Shown: in pieces, positions 40,454-50,055 of the stretch
Layout: the number at the start of each line of letters is the position of its first letter
Position numbering within the stretch: position 1 is the first letter of the stretch
From: Tolypothrix carrinoi HA7290-LM1
Lineage (GTDB): Bacteria; Cyanobacteriota; Cyanobacteriia; Cyanobacteriales; Nostocaceae
Reading direction: 5' to 3'
Assembly: GCA_019358935.1 (NCBI GenBank)
Contig: JAHHIK010000057.1
Coordinates: forward strand, 1 to 54,783
DNA: 54,783 nucleotides
Program-made: the position numbers and the translations under genes
The notes under the pieces: model-generated
Told to the model about the DNA's origin: nothing
The model's database searches: none
What the model saw: the letters and a program-made list of their open reading frames with translations, nothing else

Positions 40454-40540
40454 AATATAACCACGATACAAAGAGCTTTATTGTTAATCTAGCTTAAGCC
40501 AAATCGTAATTCATTAGTTGCTGGATTGATTTTTATTACA

Positions 40541-41782
40541 ATGCATGGTTCAAATTTTTCTAACTTATCTGATAATTATCCTTTTAGCCGGGAATTGTTG
40601 CCAAAAACAGCTTACATGGTAGGTGGTGCTGTGCGCGATCGCATTTTAGGAAGAAGTCGCGAGTATTTGGATCTAGATTTTGTTCTATCATGTGATGCGG
40701 TCAAGGTAGCGCGAAAAATCGCGAAGCATTACAAAGCTGGTTTTGTCTTACTCGATCCGCAAAGACAAATTGCCCGTGTGGTGTTTCCCCAAGCTACGGT
40801 TGATTTTGCCCAACAGTCGGGGGAATCTATAGAAACTGACTTGTATAGAAGGGATTTTACTGTAAATGCGATCGCCTACAATCCGCACACGCAAGAAATC
40901 GTCGATCCTCTGCAAGGTTGTGCTGATTTAGAACAACGCATGATGAGGATGATATCACCTGCCAATCTGCAAGACGATCCCTTGCGGTTAATGCGAGCTT
41001 ATCGCCAAGCGGCGCAACTTAATTTTACAATTGAGACAGATACTCAGATAGCAATTCGTTCTCTAGCTTCACATATAACTGAAGTTGCCGCAGAACGAGT
41101 TCGGGTAGAAATCAATTATTTGCTTTTGAGTTCTCAAGGAACAGCTTGGATAACTCGCGCTTGGGAGGATAATTTACTTACGCCTTTTTTTCAGTTCGCT
41201 ACATCAGAAAGTTTTGCTAAACTAGCAGCAGTTGACGATGCAGCGGTGAAATTAGCAGAAAATTGGCAGGAATTAGGCGTAAAACTGCAAGAGTATGTTA
41301 GGGATACAGTTAAAACTACTTGGTTGAGTATTGCTAAACTTGCTTGTCTTGTCAACCAAAATCCAGAAGTTGCGGAAATTGAATTACAAAAACTAACTTA
41401 TAGTCGTGCAGAAATTAAAGGTGTAACCACCGCCTTAAAGCTGTTCCCGCAATTAAAATTATCTCAGATGTCTTTGCGAGAACAGTATTTTTTCTTTCAA
41501 GAAGCCGGTTTTGTTTTCCCGGCTACAGCAGTTTTAGCTGTAGGACATGATATCTTGGTAGAGGCGATCGCACCCTTGATCGACCGCTACCTGAACCCTG
41601 ACGATCTGGTTTCTCATCCCACACCCTTATTGAGTGGGAAGGAACTAATTCTAGCATTGCGGATTCCGGCTTCGCCACTATTAGGCAAACTATTAATGGA
41701 AATCGCTGTAGCGCAAGTTGAAGGGAAAGTCTCGACCCCAGCAGAAGCGATCGCTTTTGCCCGTCAGTTACTTGAGGGTTAA
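40541..41782 (+). CDS. tRNA nucleotidyltransferase / poly(A) polymerase family (CCA-adding type)
   Basis: VGGAVRD, DLD, DLYRRDFTVNAIA, DDPLRLMRAYR, ERV. Confidence 0.92.
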   Translation: MHGSNFSNLSDNYPFSRELLPKTAYMVGGAVRDRILGRSREYLDLDFVLSCDAVKVARKIAKHYKAGFVLLDPQRQIARVVFPQATVDFAQQSGESIETDLYRRDFTVNAIAYNPHTQEIVDPLQGCADLEQRMMRMISPANLQDDPLRLMRAYRQAAQLNFTIETDTQIAIRSLASHITEVAAERVRVEINYLLLSSQGTAWITRAWEDNLLTPFFQFATSESFAKLAAVDDAAVKLAENWQELGVKLQEYVRDTVKTTWLSIAKLACLVNQNPEVAEIELQKLTYSRAEIKGVTTALKLFPQLKLSQMSLREQYFFFQEAGFVFPATAVLAVGHDILVEAIAPLIDRYLNPDDLVSHPTPLLSGKELILALRIPASPLLGKLLMEIAVAQVEGKVSTPAEAIAFARQLLEG

Positions 41783-41814
41783 TTGTTATAATCTACAAGT
41801 TAGTATTCTTGCTA

Positions 41815-41985
41815 AGTACAGCTTTGCGTAAAAATGAACACGTTTTTTTAACGCAGAGGGACGCAGAGTTAGCGCAGAGGTGAATCAGTCGGCGGAGTCG
41901 GTTTCCGTCCCGTCGAACTGATGAACCCGAAGGGGACGCAGAGTTTTTCTGAATTTAATTCGTTACTTACCTTGTGCAATGTTCT
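41815..41985. mobile_element. Probable MITE-like repeat with ACGCAGAG units and a nested hairpin element
   Basis: CGCAGAG repeats and GTGAATCAG...CTGATGAACCCGAAGGG insert. It abuts the 3' end of the hicB-like ORF. Confidence 0.5.
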
Positions 41986-42149
41986 GCAAGTTCTCGATTT
42001 GATATTAAGATTAGTGCGATCGCTTCTGTGCAACTTTCCCTTGCTTCTTCGAGAGTTTTCTCTTGGACATTAGCACCAGGTAGCTCTTGGATGTAGCCAA
42101 TATACCAACCATCTACCTTTTCAAATACCGCAGTAAAAGAGTTTTCCAT
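41967..42149 (-). CDS. hicB: HicB-like antitoxin, probably C-terminally truncated
   Basis: FTAVFEKVDGWYIGYIQELPGANVQ.KTLEEARE. Confidence 0.7.
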   Translation of the reverse strand: MENSFTAVFEKVDGWYIGYIQELPGANVQEKTLEEARESCTEAIALILISNRELAEHCTR

Positions 42150-42192
42150 TATCTACCCTACGAGCTTTCGCTTATTGCGTGAACAAGTAAAT

Positions 42193-42421
42193 TTAATTTT
42201 CCAAAGCTTCCAAGAATTCGTCTACCGTTATTTCTGCCTTGGAAATTAAACTTCGCAATGTGCCACGAGCTACTTCGTTATGATTTGGTACAGAAAGAGT
42301 AGCTGGATATCCTTCTTTTGTCAGAATAATATGACTTCCACGCTGGCTTTGAAACTTCCCACCCAAGTTTCTCAAATGTCTTGATAACCTCCGAAGGTTT
42401 CAATATTGGTACAGCAGCCAT
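42193..42421 (-). pseudogene. hicA: HicA mRNA interferase toxin with +1 frameshift
   Basis: ATG 42421 overlaps the hicB stop (TAATG). MAAVPILKPSEVIKTFEKLGWEVS is followed one base out of frame by QRGSHIIL...LSVPNH.EVARGTLRSL. Confidence 0.85.
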
Positions 42422-42627
42422 TATACAGAAACTTCCACTTCGCGAGTTATCACGGTCATTGGCATTCCTTTTTCAGCCCTTACCTCTAAACATTCCTTAA
42501 TTGCTTCTTGAATGTTTGCAATAGCCTCTTTTTCGGTTTTGCCTTGACTAACACAGCCAGGAATTACTGGACATTCAGCAATGAACATCCCATCTTCATC
42601 TTGAAGGATAGTAATAAGAAACTTCAT
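42421..42627 (-). CDS. hicB: HicB-family antitoxin
   Basis: DEDGMFIAECPVIPGCVSQGKTEKEAIANIQEAI, AGAGGA RBS. Confidence 0.9.
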   Translation of the reverse strand: MKFLITILQDEDGMFIAECPVIPGCVSQGKTEKEAIANIQEAIKECLEVRAEKGMPMTVITREVEVSV

Positions 42628-42748
42628 TCCTCTTGTCCTATTTCCTAAATGGTAACATCTTCAAGATTCTTATGATTTAATTCGGACAATTAATGCAATT
42701 TATGCTTAATGTTAGTGAGAAGCAGATACTAACATTCAGCATACGTCT

Positions 42749-43186
42749 TTAAGCTACTTGATTCTTCGTTGAGTGTAGTTGTGTGGGAGGTGAAATAGGC
42801 GATCGCTTTTGACTTTCGATTAAATTAGCTTTATCCACCAGCCTATTGACAATTTTCTCGGCATAAGCATAAAGCTCACTATCATGCTGAAAATTGGTAA
42901 GTAGAAAAAAGATGTGCCATTCATCGCGACTAATTGCTAAATATTCCCCTGGTTGATAATTATCTACCCCTGCGAGGATTTTTCGCTCCGCATTCCAGGG
43001 TAACTTAATTTGCAGATAGCGTTGACGAGCGCTGTTAAAACAAACTTTAACTTTTAATATATGACCGCTATTATTTTTTATCGATGTCTCGCTGATATAT
43101 TCTTTACCATAATACTGCATTTCGTTCCATAGCTGATAGACATATTTACCAGCTTCGTAGAACGCCACAAACTGTGATAGATTCAT
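42749..43186 (-). CDS. Hypothetical protein
   Basis: 145-aa ORF, no family recognised. Confidence 0.6.
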   Translation of the reverse strand: MNLSQFVAFYEAGKYVYQLWNEMQYYGKEYISETSIKNNSGHILKVKVCFNSARQRYLQIKLPWNAERKILAGVDNYQPGEYLAISRDEWHIFFLLTNFQHDSELYAYAEKIVNRLVDKANLIESQKRSPISPPTQLHSTKNQVA

Positions 43187-43522
43187 TTTTACACCCTTAT
43201 GTTATAAGTTTTTTAATATTAGTATTTAAACACTTATTGCTGTTATAACGATATACTTATCAAAATGTAACTTGTTGCAATTACTTAAAATTAGTTATTT
43301 TAGGGATTGTTAATTGTTAGCAGCATTTAATACAGTAAATATGCGAGGAAATAAAAGCTGTGTGCAAGCACACAATCTCATAAAACTTAACAATTTCTTC
43401 AGGATGTAATTTATAATTTAGTAGCGCAGGCGTTCCCGCTTCTCAATCGCGGAGACGCACTCGCGTTCGGGTTGCCGTAGGCATCGCTTTTGCACATCAG
43501 CTACTCTATAGTTAAAATATTT

Positions 43523-44068
43523 TTATAAAGGAAGGTAACGTATCTGCCCTTCCCATTCGCCATCAAGACTACATTCTGCTAACAATAAAATATCTTCAAT
43601 CGCGCTGCCAATTGGCACATCTAAGCTAACCTCAAAGACTCCAGGCATAGACAACCCCGCTTCGACCCGTTCATAAGCATACTGTGTAATGGTTGCGACA
43701 TCATGGGTCAACAACACTCGCCCTTCTTGCGCTGCCCATTGCAGTACTGTTGGATCATCTGCCCCAGATAGTCCCACATCTTGAATTCGGTTGAAGAAAG
43801 GCAGAGGGCAGGAGGCAGAAGGCAGAAGGAGCAATCGGATGGGGATTCAAACCCCAACCGATTGAATCCACCGTGTAGACGGTGGGGTTTTATACCCAGT
43901 TGGCTCCAGCCAGAAGGCTGAATCAAAGACATAATTTATACCTTCTGCCCTCTGCCCTCTGCCTTCTGCCTTCCGCCGAAGGCGGATAATATCCAATTCT
44001 GGCTGCCGACGCGATAAGCCTCGCACAATATTGTTGTTAAAATTTTCGTCGGCAAGAAATCGCAACAT
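43523..44068 (-). pseudogene. DUF5615 PIN-like toxin interrupted by a 195-bp element
   Basis: MLRFLADENF...DIIR|IQDVGLSGADD...RVLLTHD. Removing the insert gives a 116-aa ORF. Confidence 0.9.
43791..43985 (-). mobile_element. 195-bp STRR-flanked non-autonomous element
   Basis: Inverted GGCAGA(A/G) heptamer arms, terminal hairpin CCGCCTTCGGCGG, TTCAA end, CGG at both junctions. Confidence 0.8.
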
Positions 44069-44073
44069 AATTA

Positions 44074-44400
44074 TTAAATGCGACGTGCCATTAAACGTTG
44101 ACGCACATCTTGAGGATTAAATTTAGCCTCATTTAATTTACGGATTTCACTTGAGCGTTGTTGCCGTTGGTGCAAGTAAGCTTCAACATCCTGCTGATGC
44201 CGTAAATAGTAGCTTATCACAGCATAAACATCAGCTAGCTGCAAAGATGAATATTGAAACACAATTTCCTCGGCAGTTGACCCTTGGTTGAAGGCAGCTA
44301 CAACTGTATCTAGTGTTACCCGTGTTTCCCCTACTCGCACTACTCCATCAGGGTTAAGTTGCAAGGGAAGGGGTTCTGTTATGAGAGAAAGGGTCATCAC
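44074..44400 (-). CDS. DUF433 antitoxin
   Basis: RVGETRVTLDTVV..F.QG.TAEEI...Y.SL.LADVYAVISYY. Confidence 0.9.
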   Translation of the reverse strand: MMTLSLITEPLPLQLNPDGVVRVGETRVTLDTVVAAFNQGSTAEEIVFQYSSLQLADVYAVISYYLRHQQDVEAYLHQRQQRSSEIRKLNEAKFNPQDVRQRLMARRI

Positions 44401-44558
44401 ATTTACTTTCAGTCTTTGATTTTAGGAATAAAGCTATATTAGCTTTTGCATCCCAGCGACAACAATTTCTCCTTTGATTATCAGATAAAGTTAGCAATGG
44501 CTTTTGCAATCCCCATTCCTTTACTTTAGTTGCTGAAAGAGCACCGTGAGCAGCCACC

Positions 44559-44634
44559 GTAGGGTGTGTTACCGCGTAAAGCGCGTAACGCACACCATTA
44601 ATGGTGCGTTAAACTTCGTTATAACGCACCCTAC
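44559..44634. repeat. GTAG-type REP doublet
   Basis: GTAGGGTGTGTTA...TAACGCACCCTAC, with related units at 49632-49660 and 49706. Confidence 0.7.
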
Positions 44635-44707
44635 GCTATCTATATGCGAAGTCGGGGATCTGAAGAAGGGCAATTAATAGGTAGGAAATGTGTCTTACTT
44701 ACAAAGC

Positions 44708-47700
44708 TTAAATTGTTACACCCTCAATTTCCTCATCAGTTAAGTCGTACAACTGACGCAACTGTTGCAACTTATCCTCACTCGCATTCCAAAAACCGCG
44801 TCCGGAAGCTTCTAGCATTCTCCCTATAATATTGCGGAAAGCTTCTGGATTCGACTTGCGTAATCTTTCCGCCATCTCTGCATCCAAAGCGTAAGTATCT
44901 GCGGCTTGCTCGTATACCCAATCATCAGTAAAATCCGCAGTGCCGCCCCAGCCAATCAACGCCGTCATGCGTTGCGAAATTTCAAACGCACCACCAGAAC
45001 CTTGATTAGCCATTGCTTCTGCCCATTTAGGATTTAGCAACTTGCTGCGATATTCCATCCGCAGTAAATCATCAAGATTGCGGGGTGTAGTATCTTTCGA
45101 GAAACTTTCTACAAAGCTGGTTGTTACCTTCTTCTTGCTTTGTTTTTCTGCCGCCTTTTTCAAACCGCCAGTATTAGCGTAATATTCTTGAATATCAGTC
45201 AAACCGTATTCTACCGAATCGATTTCTTGAACAATGCGATCGCTTGTTTTTAACAACTGCGTCAGTACTTCTGGTCTAGCTTGACCCTTATCCTGCCTAC
45301 CGTAACTGAAAACATTGCGACCTTGCCAAGTATCCCCCAACTCATCACCAGATTCCCAATTACCATCAACAACTCTATCATTTACCAACGAACCAAAATC
45401 ACCAGCCGGATTAGAAAATAATCTCGCCGAAGCATTTTCTATACCTTCTGCCTTCAAAGCCAAAGCATGTTTTCTAATAAAATTCTCCTCTGACGATTCA
45501 TCCGCATCAGCCGCACGTTGAAACAAATCATCCAACAACTCAATAATATTGACAAAACTATCACGAAAAATACCAGATAAATTCGCCAAAACATCAATTC
45601 GCGGATGTCCAACCTCAGACAAAGGCATCAATTCATAACGAACAATGCGTCCCGTCCCCTCCTTCACAGGTTCGGCACCCACCAACTCCAAAAGAATACC
45701 TAAAGACTCCCCCTTCGTCTTAATTGCATCCAAACCCCATAACATCACCGCCACAGTTTCCGGATATTTACCATACTCTTCTAAATGCTGTGAAATAATT
45801 TTTTTACCTATCTCCCTCCCCCTTTCATAAGCACCAGCAGAAGGCATTCTATAAGGATCTAAAGCATGAATATTCCTTCCCGTAGGCAACACACCAGAAC
45901 CATCCCGCAACAAATCGCCACCAGGCGCCGGCATAATATACTCCCCATTCAACCCCCGCAAAAGATTCGTCAACTCATCAGTAGATTGCATCAACAAATC
46001 TCTAATCTCCTCCTCCTCCTCTCTGCGTTCTCTGCGCCTCTGCGGTTCGTTTTCTCCAAAATAAGCCTGCAAATACCCCGCCATTTCCTCCTCATTTGGC
46101 GCTTCACCCAAAGTATGCAAACCCGAAGAAAAAAGCCGACCTTCTAACACCTGCAAATACTCATACAACTTCACCAAATAATCATTAAAAGCATGACCGC
46201 TAAACATCCTGACATTCTCAGGACTAAACGAAATCCCCAACCGTTTCGCCTCATCAAACGGACAATCAGCATCTAAACCAGTATCAACAACCTTCTGACA
46301 AATCACTGACTTCAGCGCATAATTCTTTTGCGGATCTTCTCGATACTCAGAAATCAAATCCCGCAGAGACATTAACTCCTTATACAAACCAGCACGTCCA
46401 TAAGGCGGGACATTGTGAGAAATTAACACACCATAGCCGCGACGCTTCGCCAAAATTGATTCAGAAGGATTATTCGCCGCATATATATATAAATTCGGCA
46501 AATCTCCTAACAAAATATCCGACCAAGAATAACCCGTATTTCCTAACGGCGATCCCGGCAACCATTCGACAGTACCGTGCATTCCAAAATGCACCACAGC
46601 ATCAGCTTGAAACTGATTTTGCAGCCATTTGTAGAAAGCAGCATATTGAGGATGTGGCGTTAAATCTCGTTCAAACATCAACCGCATCGGATCGCCTTGT
46701 ATACCTAAAGGTGGTTGTACACCGATCCAAATATTTCCTAACTGAATACCGCCAATATTAAACTCATCACCGTAAGTTTTAATTCCCGTACCCGTGAGAG
46801 ATTTCCATTGTTTTTCGATGCGAGATGTGCGGAGATATCCCAACCATTTTTCCAGAGTTTTCGCGTTGACAGTAGTGGGACTAGTCTCTAGCTTTTCATC
46901 TGCTTCTTTGACAGCGCGAATCAACTCTTCTCCATCTTCGGGTAAATCTGCGATCGCATAACCTTGATTTTGCAGTGCCTGGAGAAAATTGAGAAGCGAT
47001 CGCGGTACATTTAATAGTGCAGCTGTTCCTGTTGCACCGTACCCAGGTGGAAAACCATACAAAATAATCGCTATCTTCCTCTGTGAAGCAGGTTTTTGCC
47101 GCAACGCAACCCAGCTTTTTACCCTGCCAATCAATCTCTGCACTCGTTCTGGAACGAGATAAATTTGTTCTCCCACCAACCCACCGAGGGGAATTGTATC
47201 AATAGCGCCGTCTAATTCTGGCAATGCATATAATACGACACTTTGCAAGCCCCCGATACCTTGGCGTGTCCAAGAGTGAATATCTTGAATTAGCAGTGGT
47301 GCAGCGACGATGTAAGGTACATTCTTGGCAGCAAGGATTTTTACCGCAATTTGCGTTTGCCGTCCTGCTTCCATTGAACCAGCAGGACCACCCACTAAAG
47401 GAAAGCCAATTGTAGATACGATCGCATCCACTTTCACTGCTTCGTTGGTGAGTGAAAGAGTTTCAATATTATTATTATTTCGTTGCTGCGTTTCATAGTC
47501 GCTGGTCATCCAATCTCGCACGGCAACGTGTCCTTCAACACCGTTAATAAAAATGGGTAAAGGTATCAAACCAGCTTCTTCAAAACTGCGAATTAATTGA
47601 GGAATATAAGGTTGTTTGGTAATAACGTGTTTGCGATAAAGCAAGATTCCAATAATTGGGGAATGGGGCATTGGGCATGGGGCATCGGGCATGGGGCTTT

Positions 47701-48433
47701 GGTAATAATTCTTTTCCTTCTCCCTTTCCCCTTTCCCCTTTCCCCTTTCCCCCTTTCCCCTCTTGTGATACCACTTTAAATATTCTCGCGGAGATTCAAA
47801 AAAGCCTTGATAATCGGGATGAAGCAATCCCATATTCGGAGTTTCTATCGGCGGAGGGATTTCGCCGATTTTTAAATCTAAATATTTTTCTGCTAATATC
47901 CAAAATAATGCGGCTACGTTTTCTGCACCGCCAGCATTCCAATAACCATAAATAATTAACCAGTTGCGTAAGTCTTGCACTTTTTGCACTGGCACAAATT
48001 TGAGAAGTTTGGGACCTATTTTTAAGAAGCTAATGTAACCTGCAAGTTTGTCTTCTTCTTTTCCGTTGCTAAATTTATCAAGAATGAATTTAACTGGTTT
48101 GGGCATTCCTTTGGGTTTGTCACCAATCGCAAAATCACCCAATTTAGTTAAACTCATCAATTCTAAAGCTGACTCGAACACCAAACGGATGGGAATTTGG
48201 GCAACGCGATCGCGCAACCACAAAACTTCGTCATAATCAAATAGCAAGCTGCCAAAAAACACATCCGCGTTATGAAGTGCTGCTTCTACCTCGCTACGGT
48301 TGGTGGTAATATCGCGATCGCTAAACACGCGAATATCCAACTCACCACAGCGCAAGGACGCCAAGTAAGATGCTTTTCTATACAAGTCAGCGTTGAACGA
48401 TTCAAATCCAGCAATCAAAACTATGCGTTTCAT
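44708..48433 (-). CDS. bchH: Magnesium chelatase subunit H / CobN family protein (shorter paralog type)
   Basis: LVGGPA, LPELDGA, HFGMHGTVEWLPG, NNPSE..LAKRRG, LPTGRNIHALDP, LTDIQEYY, KLLNPKW. Confidence 0.9.
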   Translation of the reverse strand: MKRIVLIAGFESFNADLYRKASYLASLRCGELDIRVFSDRDITTNRSEVEAALHNADVFFGSLLFDYDEVLWLRDRVAQIPIRLVFESALELMSLTKLGDFAIGDKPKGMPKPVKFILDKFSNGKEEDKLAGYISFLKIGPKLLKFVPVQKVQDLRNWLIIYGYWNAGGAENVAALFWILAEKYLDLKIGEIPPPIETPNMGLLHPDYQGFFESPREYLKWYHKRGKGERGKGKGEREKEKNYYQSPMPDAPCPMPHSPIIGILLYRKHVITKQPYIPQLIRSFEEAGLIPLPIFINGVEGHVAVRDWMTSDYETQQRNNNNIETLSLTNEAVKVDAIVSTIGFPLVGGPAGSMEAGRQTQIAVKILAAKNVPYIVAAPLLIQDIHSWTRQGIGGLQSVVLYALPELDGAIDTIPLGGLVGEQIYLVPERVQRLIGRVKSWVALRQKPASQRKIAIILYGFPPGYGATGTAALLNVPRSLLNFLQALQNQGYAIADLPEDGEELIRAVKEADEKLETSPTTVNAKTLEKWLGYLRTSRIEKQWKSLTGTGIKTYGDEFNIGGIQLGNIWIGVQPPLGIQGDPMRLMFERDLTPHPQYAAFYKWLQNQFQADAVVHFGMHGTVEWLPGSPLGNTGYSWSDILLGDLPNLYIYAANNPSESILAKRRGYGVLISHNVPPYGRAGLYKELMSLRDLISEYREDPQKNYALKSVICQKVVDTGLDADCPFDEAKRLGISFSPENVRMFSGHAFNDYLVKLYEYLQVLEGRLFSSGLHTLGEAPNEEEMAGYLQAYFGENEPQRRRERREEEEEIRDLLMQSTDELTNLLRGLNGEYIMPAPGGDLLRDGSGVLPTGRNIHALDPYRMPSAGAYERGREIGKKIISQHLEEYGKYPETVAVMLWGLDAIKTKGESLGILLELVGAEPVKEGTGRIVRYELMPLSEVGHPRIDVLANLSGIFRDSFVNIIELLDDLFQRAADADESSEENFIRKHALALKAEGIENASARLFSNPAGDFGSLVNDRVVDGNWESGDELGDTWQGRNVFSYGRQDKGQARPEVLTQLLKTSDRIVQEIDSVEYGLTDIQEYYANTGGLKKAAEKQSKKKVTTSFVESFSKDTTPRNLDDLLRMEYRSKLLNPKWAEAMANQGSGGAFEISQRMTALIGWGGTADFTDDWVYEQAADTYALDAEMAERLRKSNPEAFRNIIGRMLEASGRGFWNASEDKLQQLRQLYDLTDEEIEGVTI

Positions 48434-48466
48434 GCGTTAAGTGGTAAACACTCCATCTTAATTTTA

Positions 48467-48675
48467 AGCCCTCACCCTAGAAGGGTGGGGCTAAACAAAC
48501 GAAGTCCGCCTGCGCGGACTAGGGAAAATTAGGGATTTTCAAGCCTGCGCTCGTCTGGCTTTGTACGTATAGCCGCACCCTTCTAGGGTGAGGGCTGGAA
48601 GCTAAAAGAAAATGAGTGATTTTCAAGCCTGCGCTCGTCTGGCTTTGTACGTATAGCCGCACCCTTCTAGGGTGA
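48467..48675. repeat. Inverted hairpin repeat with a directly duplicated ~57-bp arm
   Basis: GATTTTCAAGCCTGCGCTCGTCTGGCTTTGTACGTATAGCCGCACCCTTCTAGGGTGA at 48534 and 48618. Confidence 0.85.
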
Positions 48676-48775
48676 CGGTGCTGCGGTGCAGCAATTTTCC
48701 GAAAAAAGAAGTTTTCCGCTTGTAGGTAGTATAGACAATTCTAGTCAAATCAAACAGTTCTTCAAGGAGTTAACT

Positions 48776-49030
48776 ATGATACAAGAAGTTCAAGCAACAG
48801 CTAGTAAAGAATTACCTGTTTTGCGAAAGGGTGATACTGGCGGTGCTGTAAAGTTGTTACAGAATCTTTTGATTTCTTTAGGCTATTTCGACAAAGATTT
48901 GCGTACTGGAAATTTTTTCGACCAAACAGAACTTGCCGTAAAAAATTTCCAAAATGATTATAACTTGCAAGCAGATGGTATAGTCGGCGCGAAAACTTGG
49001 GATTTGTTGGGTAGTGTTCTTTGGGATTAA
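48776..49030 (+). CDS. Stand-alone peptidoglycan-binding domain protein (PG_binding_1)
   Basis: LRKGDTGGAVKLLQ..L, AVKNFQ, ADGIVGAKTW, AAGGAG RBS. Confidence 0.85.
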   Translation: MIQEVQATASKELPVLRKGDTGGAVKLLQNLLISLGYFDKDLRTGNFFDQTELAVKNFQNDYNLQADGIVGAKTWDLLGSVLWD

Positions 49031-49119
49031 ATTAGCGTCTCAATAACTAAGAAATTAGTCATTAGGGTGTACTTAATCAAATCTGATAGCACCCTAATTA
49101 AGCGCTTTTAACATACAGA

Positions 49120-49461
49120 TTAAACAGTTTCTTGGGAATCAACTTCTGTTAACTGCAATGACTTTTCAAATTCCAAGCGCTGTTGTACGTTATGTAAGAA
49201 GTAACCATTAAGCATGGCAGATCCTAACAACATTCCCAAGTGTTGGCGACTGGTGGTAATTTCAACGTCGAAGTCTTCTGAAGGTAAGTTACCCAACATA
49301 CTCACAATGGTGCGCTCGATCGCTTGAAGTACTTCTGGTGATGTTGGCTTGGATAGTTGGGCAACCATTTCTGGATTCAGCGATTTAATGTATTGCCACA
49401 AGTTGTTGTTAACTGCTTCCGAACCAAAGTTCTCTGGATTGCGATTAGAAATATTATTCAT
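49120..49461 (-). CDS. DUF760 domain protein
   Basis: NLWQY..SL.PE, LGNLPSEDF.V.ITTSR..LG.LL.SAMLNGYFL. Confidence 0.85.
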   Translation of the reverse strand: MNNISNRNPENFGSEAVNNNLWQYIKSLNPEMVAQLSKPTSPEVLQAIERTIVSMLGNLPSEDFDVEITTSRQHLGMLLGSAMLNGYFLHNVQQRLEFEKSLQLTEVDSQETV

Positions 49462-50055
49462 GATAGTAAACTAGCAATAATTTATCAACTTGTATTTACT
49501 TTAACAATCTTTTTATAATAGCGATGTCAGCTTAACCGAACTTATTTTAGGGCGGTTTCTTCTACTTATATTTTGTCTGTTGAAGTAGCTGGTTGCAATT
49601 ACAGCGTTTTTCAGGTAATTAAGGTACACAGGTAGGGGCACAACATTGTTGTGCCCTTACAATAATCAGTACCGAACCTTGTTGCAATTTGCTGTAAATC
49701 AGTCAGTAGGGTGTGTTATGCCGCAGGAAGATCGCACCATTCGGTGATTTTCGGTGCGTGATTGTCGCTTCGTCCATAACTACCAGATTCTTTTTCCCCT
49801 TCCCTACAAGGGTAGGGGAGCCACTTGCATGGGCGGGTTTCCCGACTTGTGCAATGTGGCGTGGTTAGGTCTGTATTTGAAAAGCGCTATATACGATCGC
49901 AGGTAGATGTCCCCACCTACTTAAAGATGATTAAATATAAAAAATGGCTATGTTTTGTCGTCCAAGAGGAATAAGCGTGAAAGCTTTTGCGCTCGGTGAA
50001 ACCAAAGCCTCTAAACTAAGGGCTAAATCTTTTACTGAAGCTGTGGCTGCGCTCG

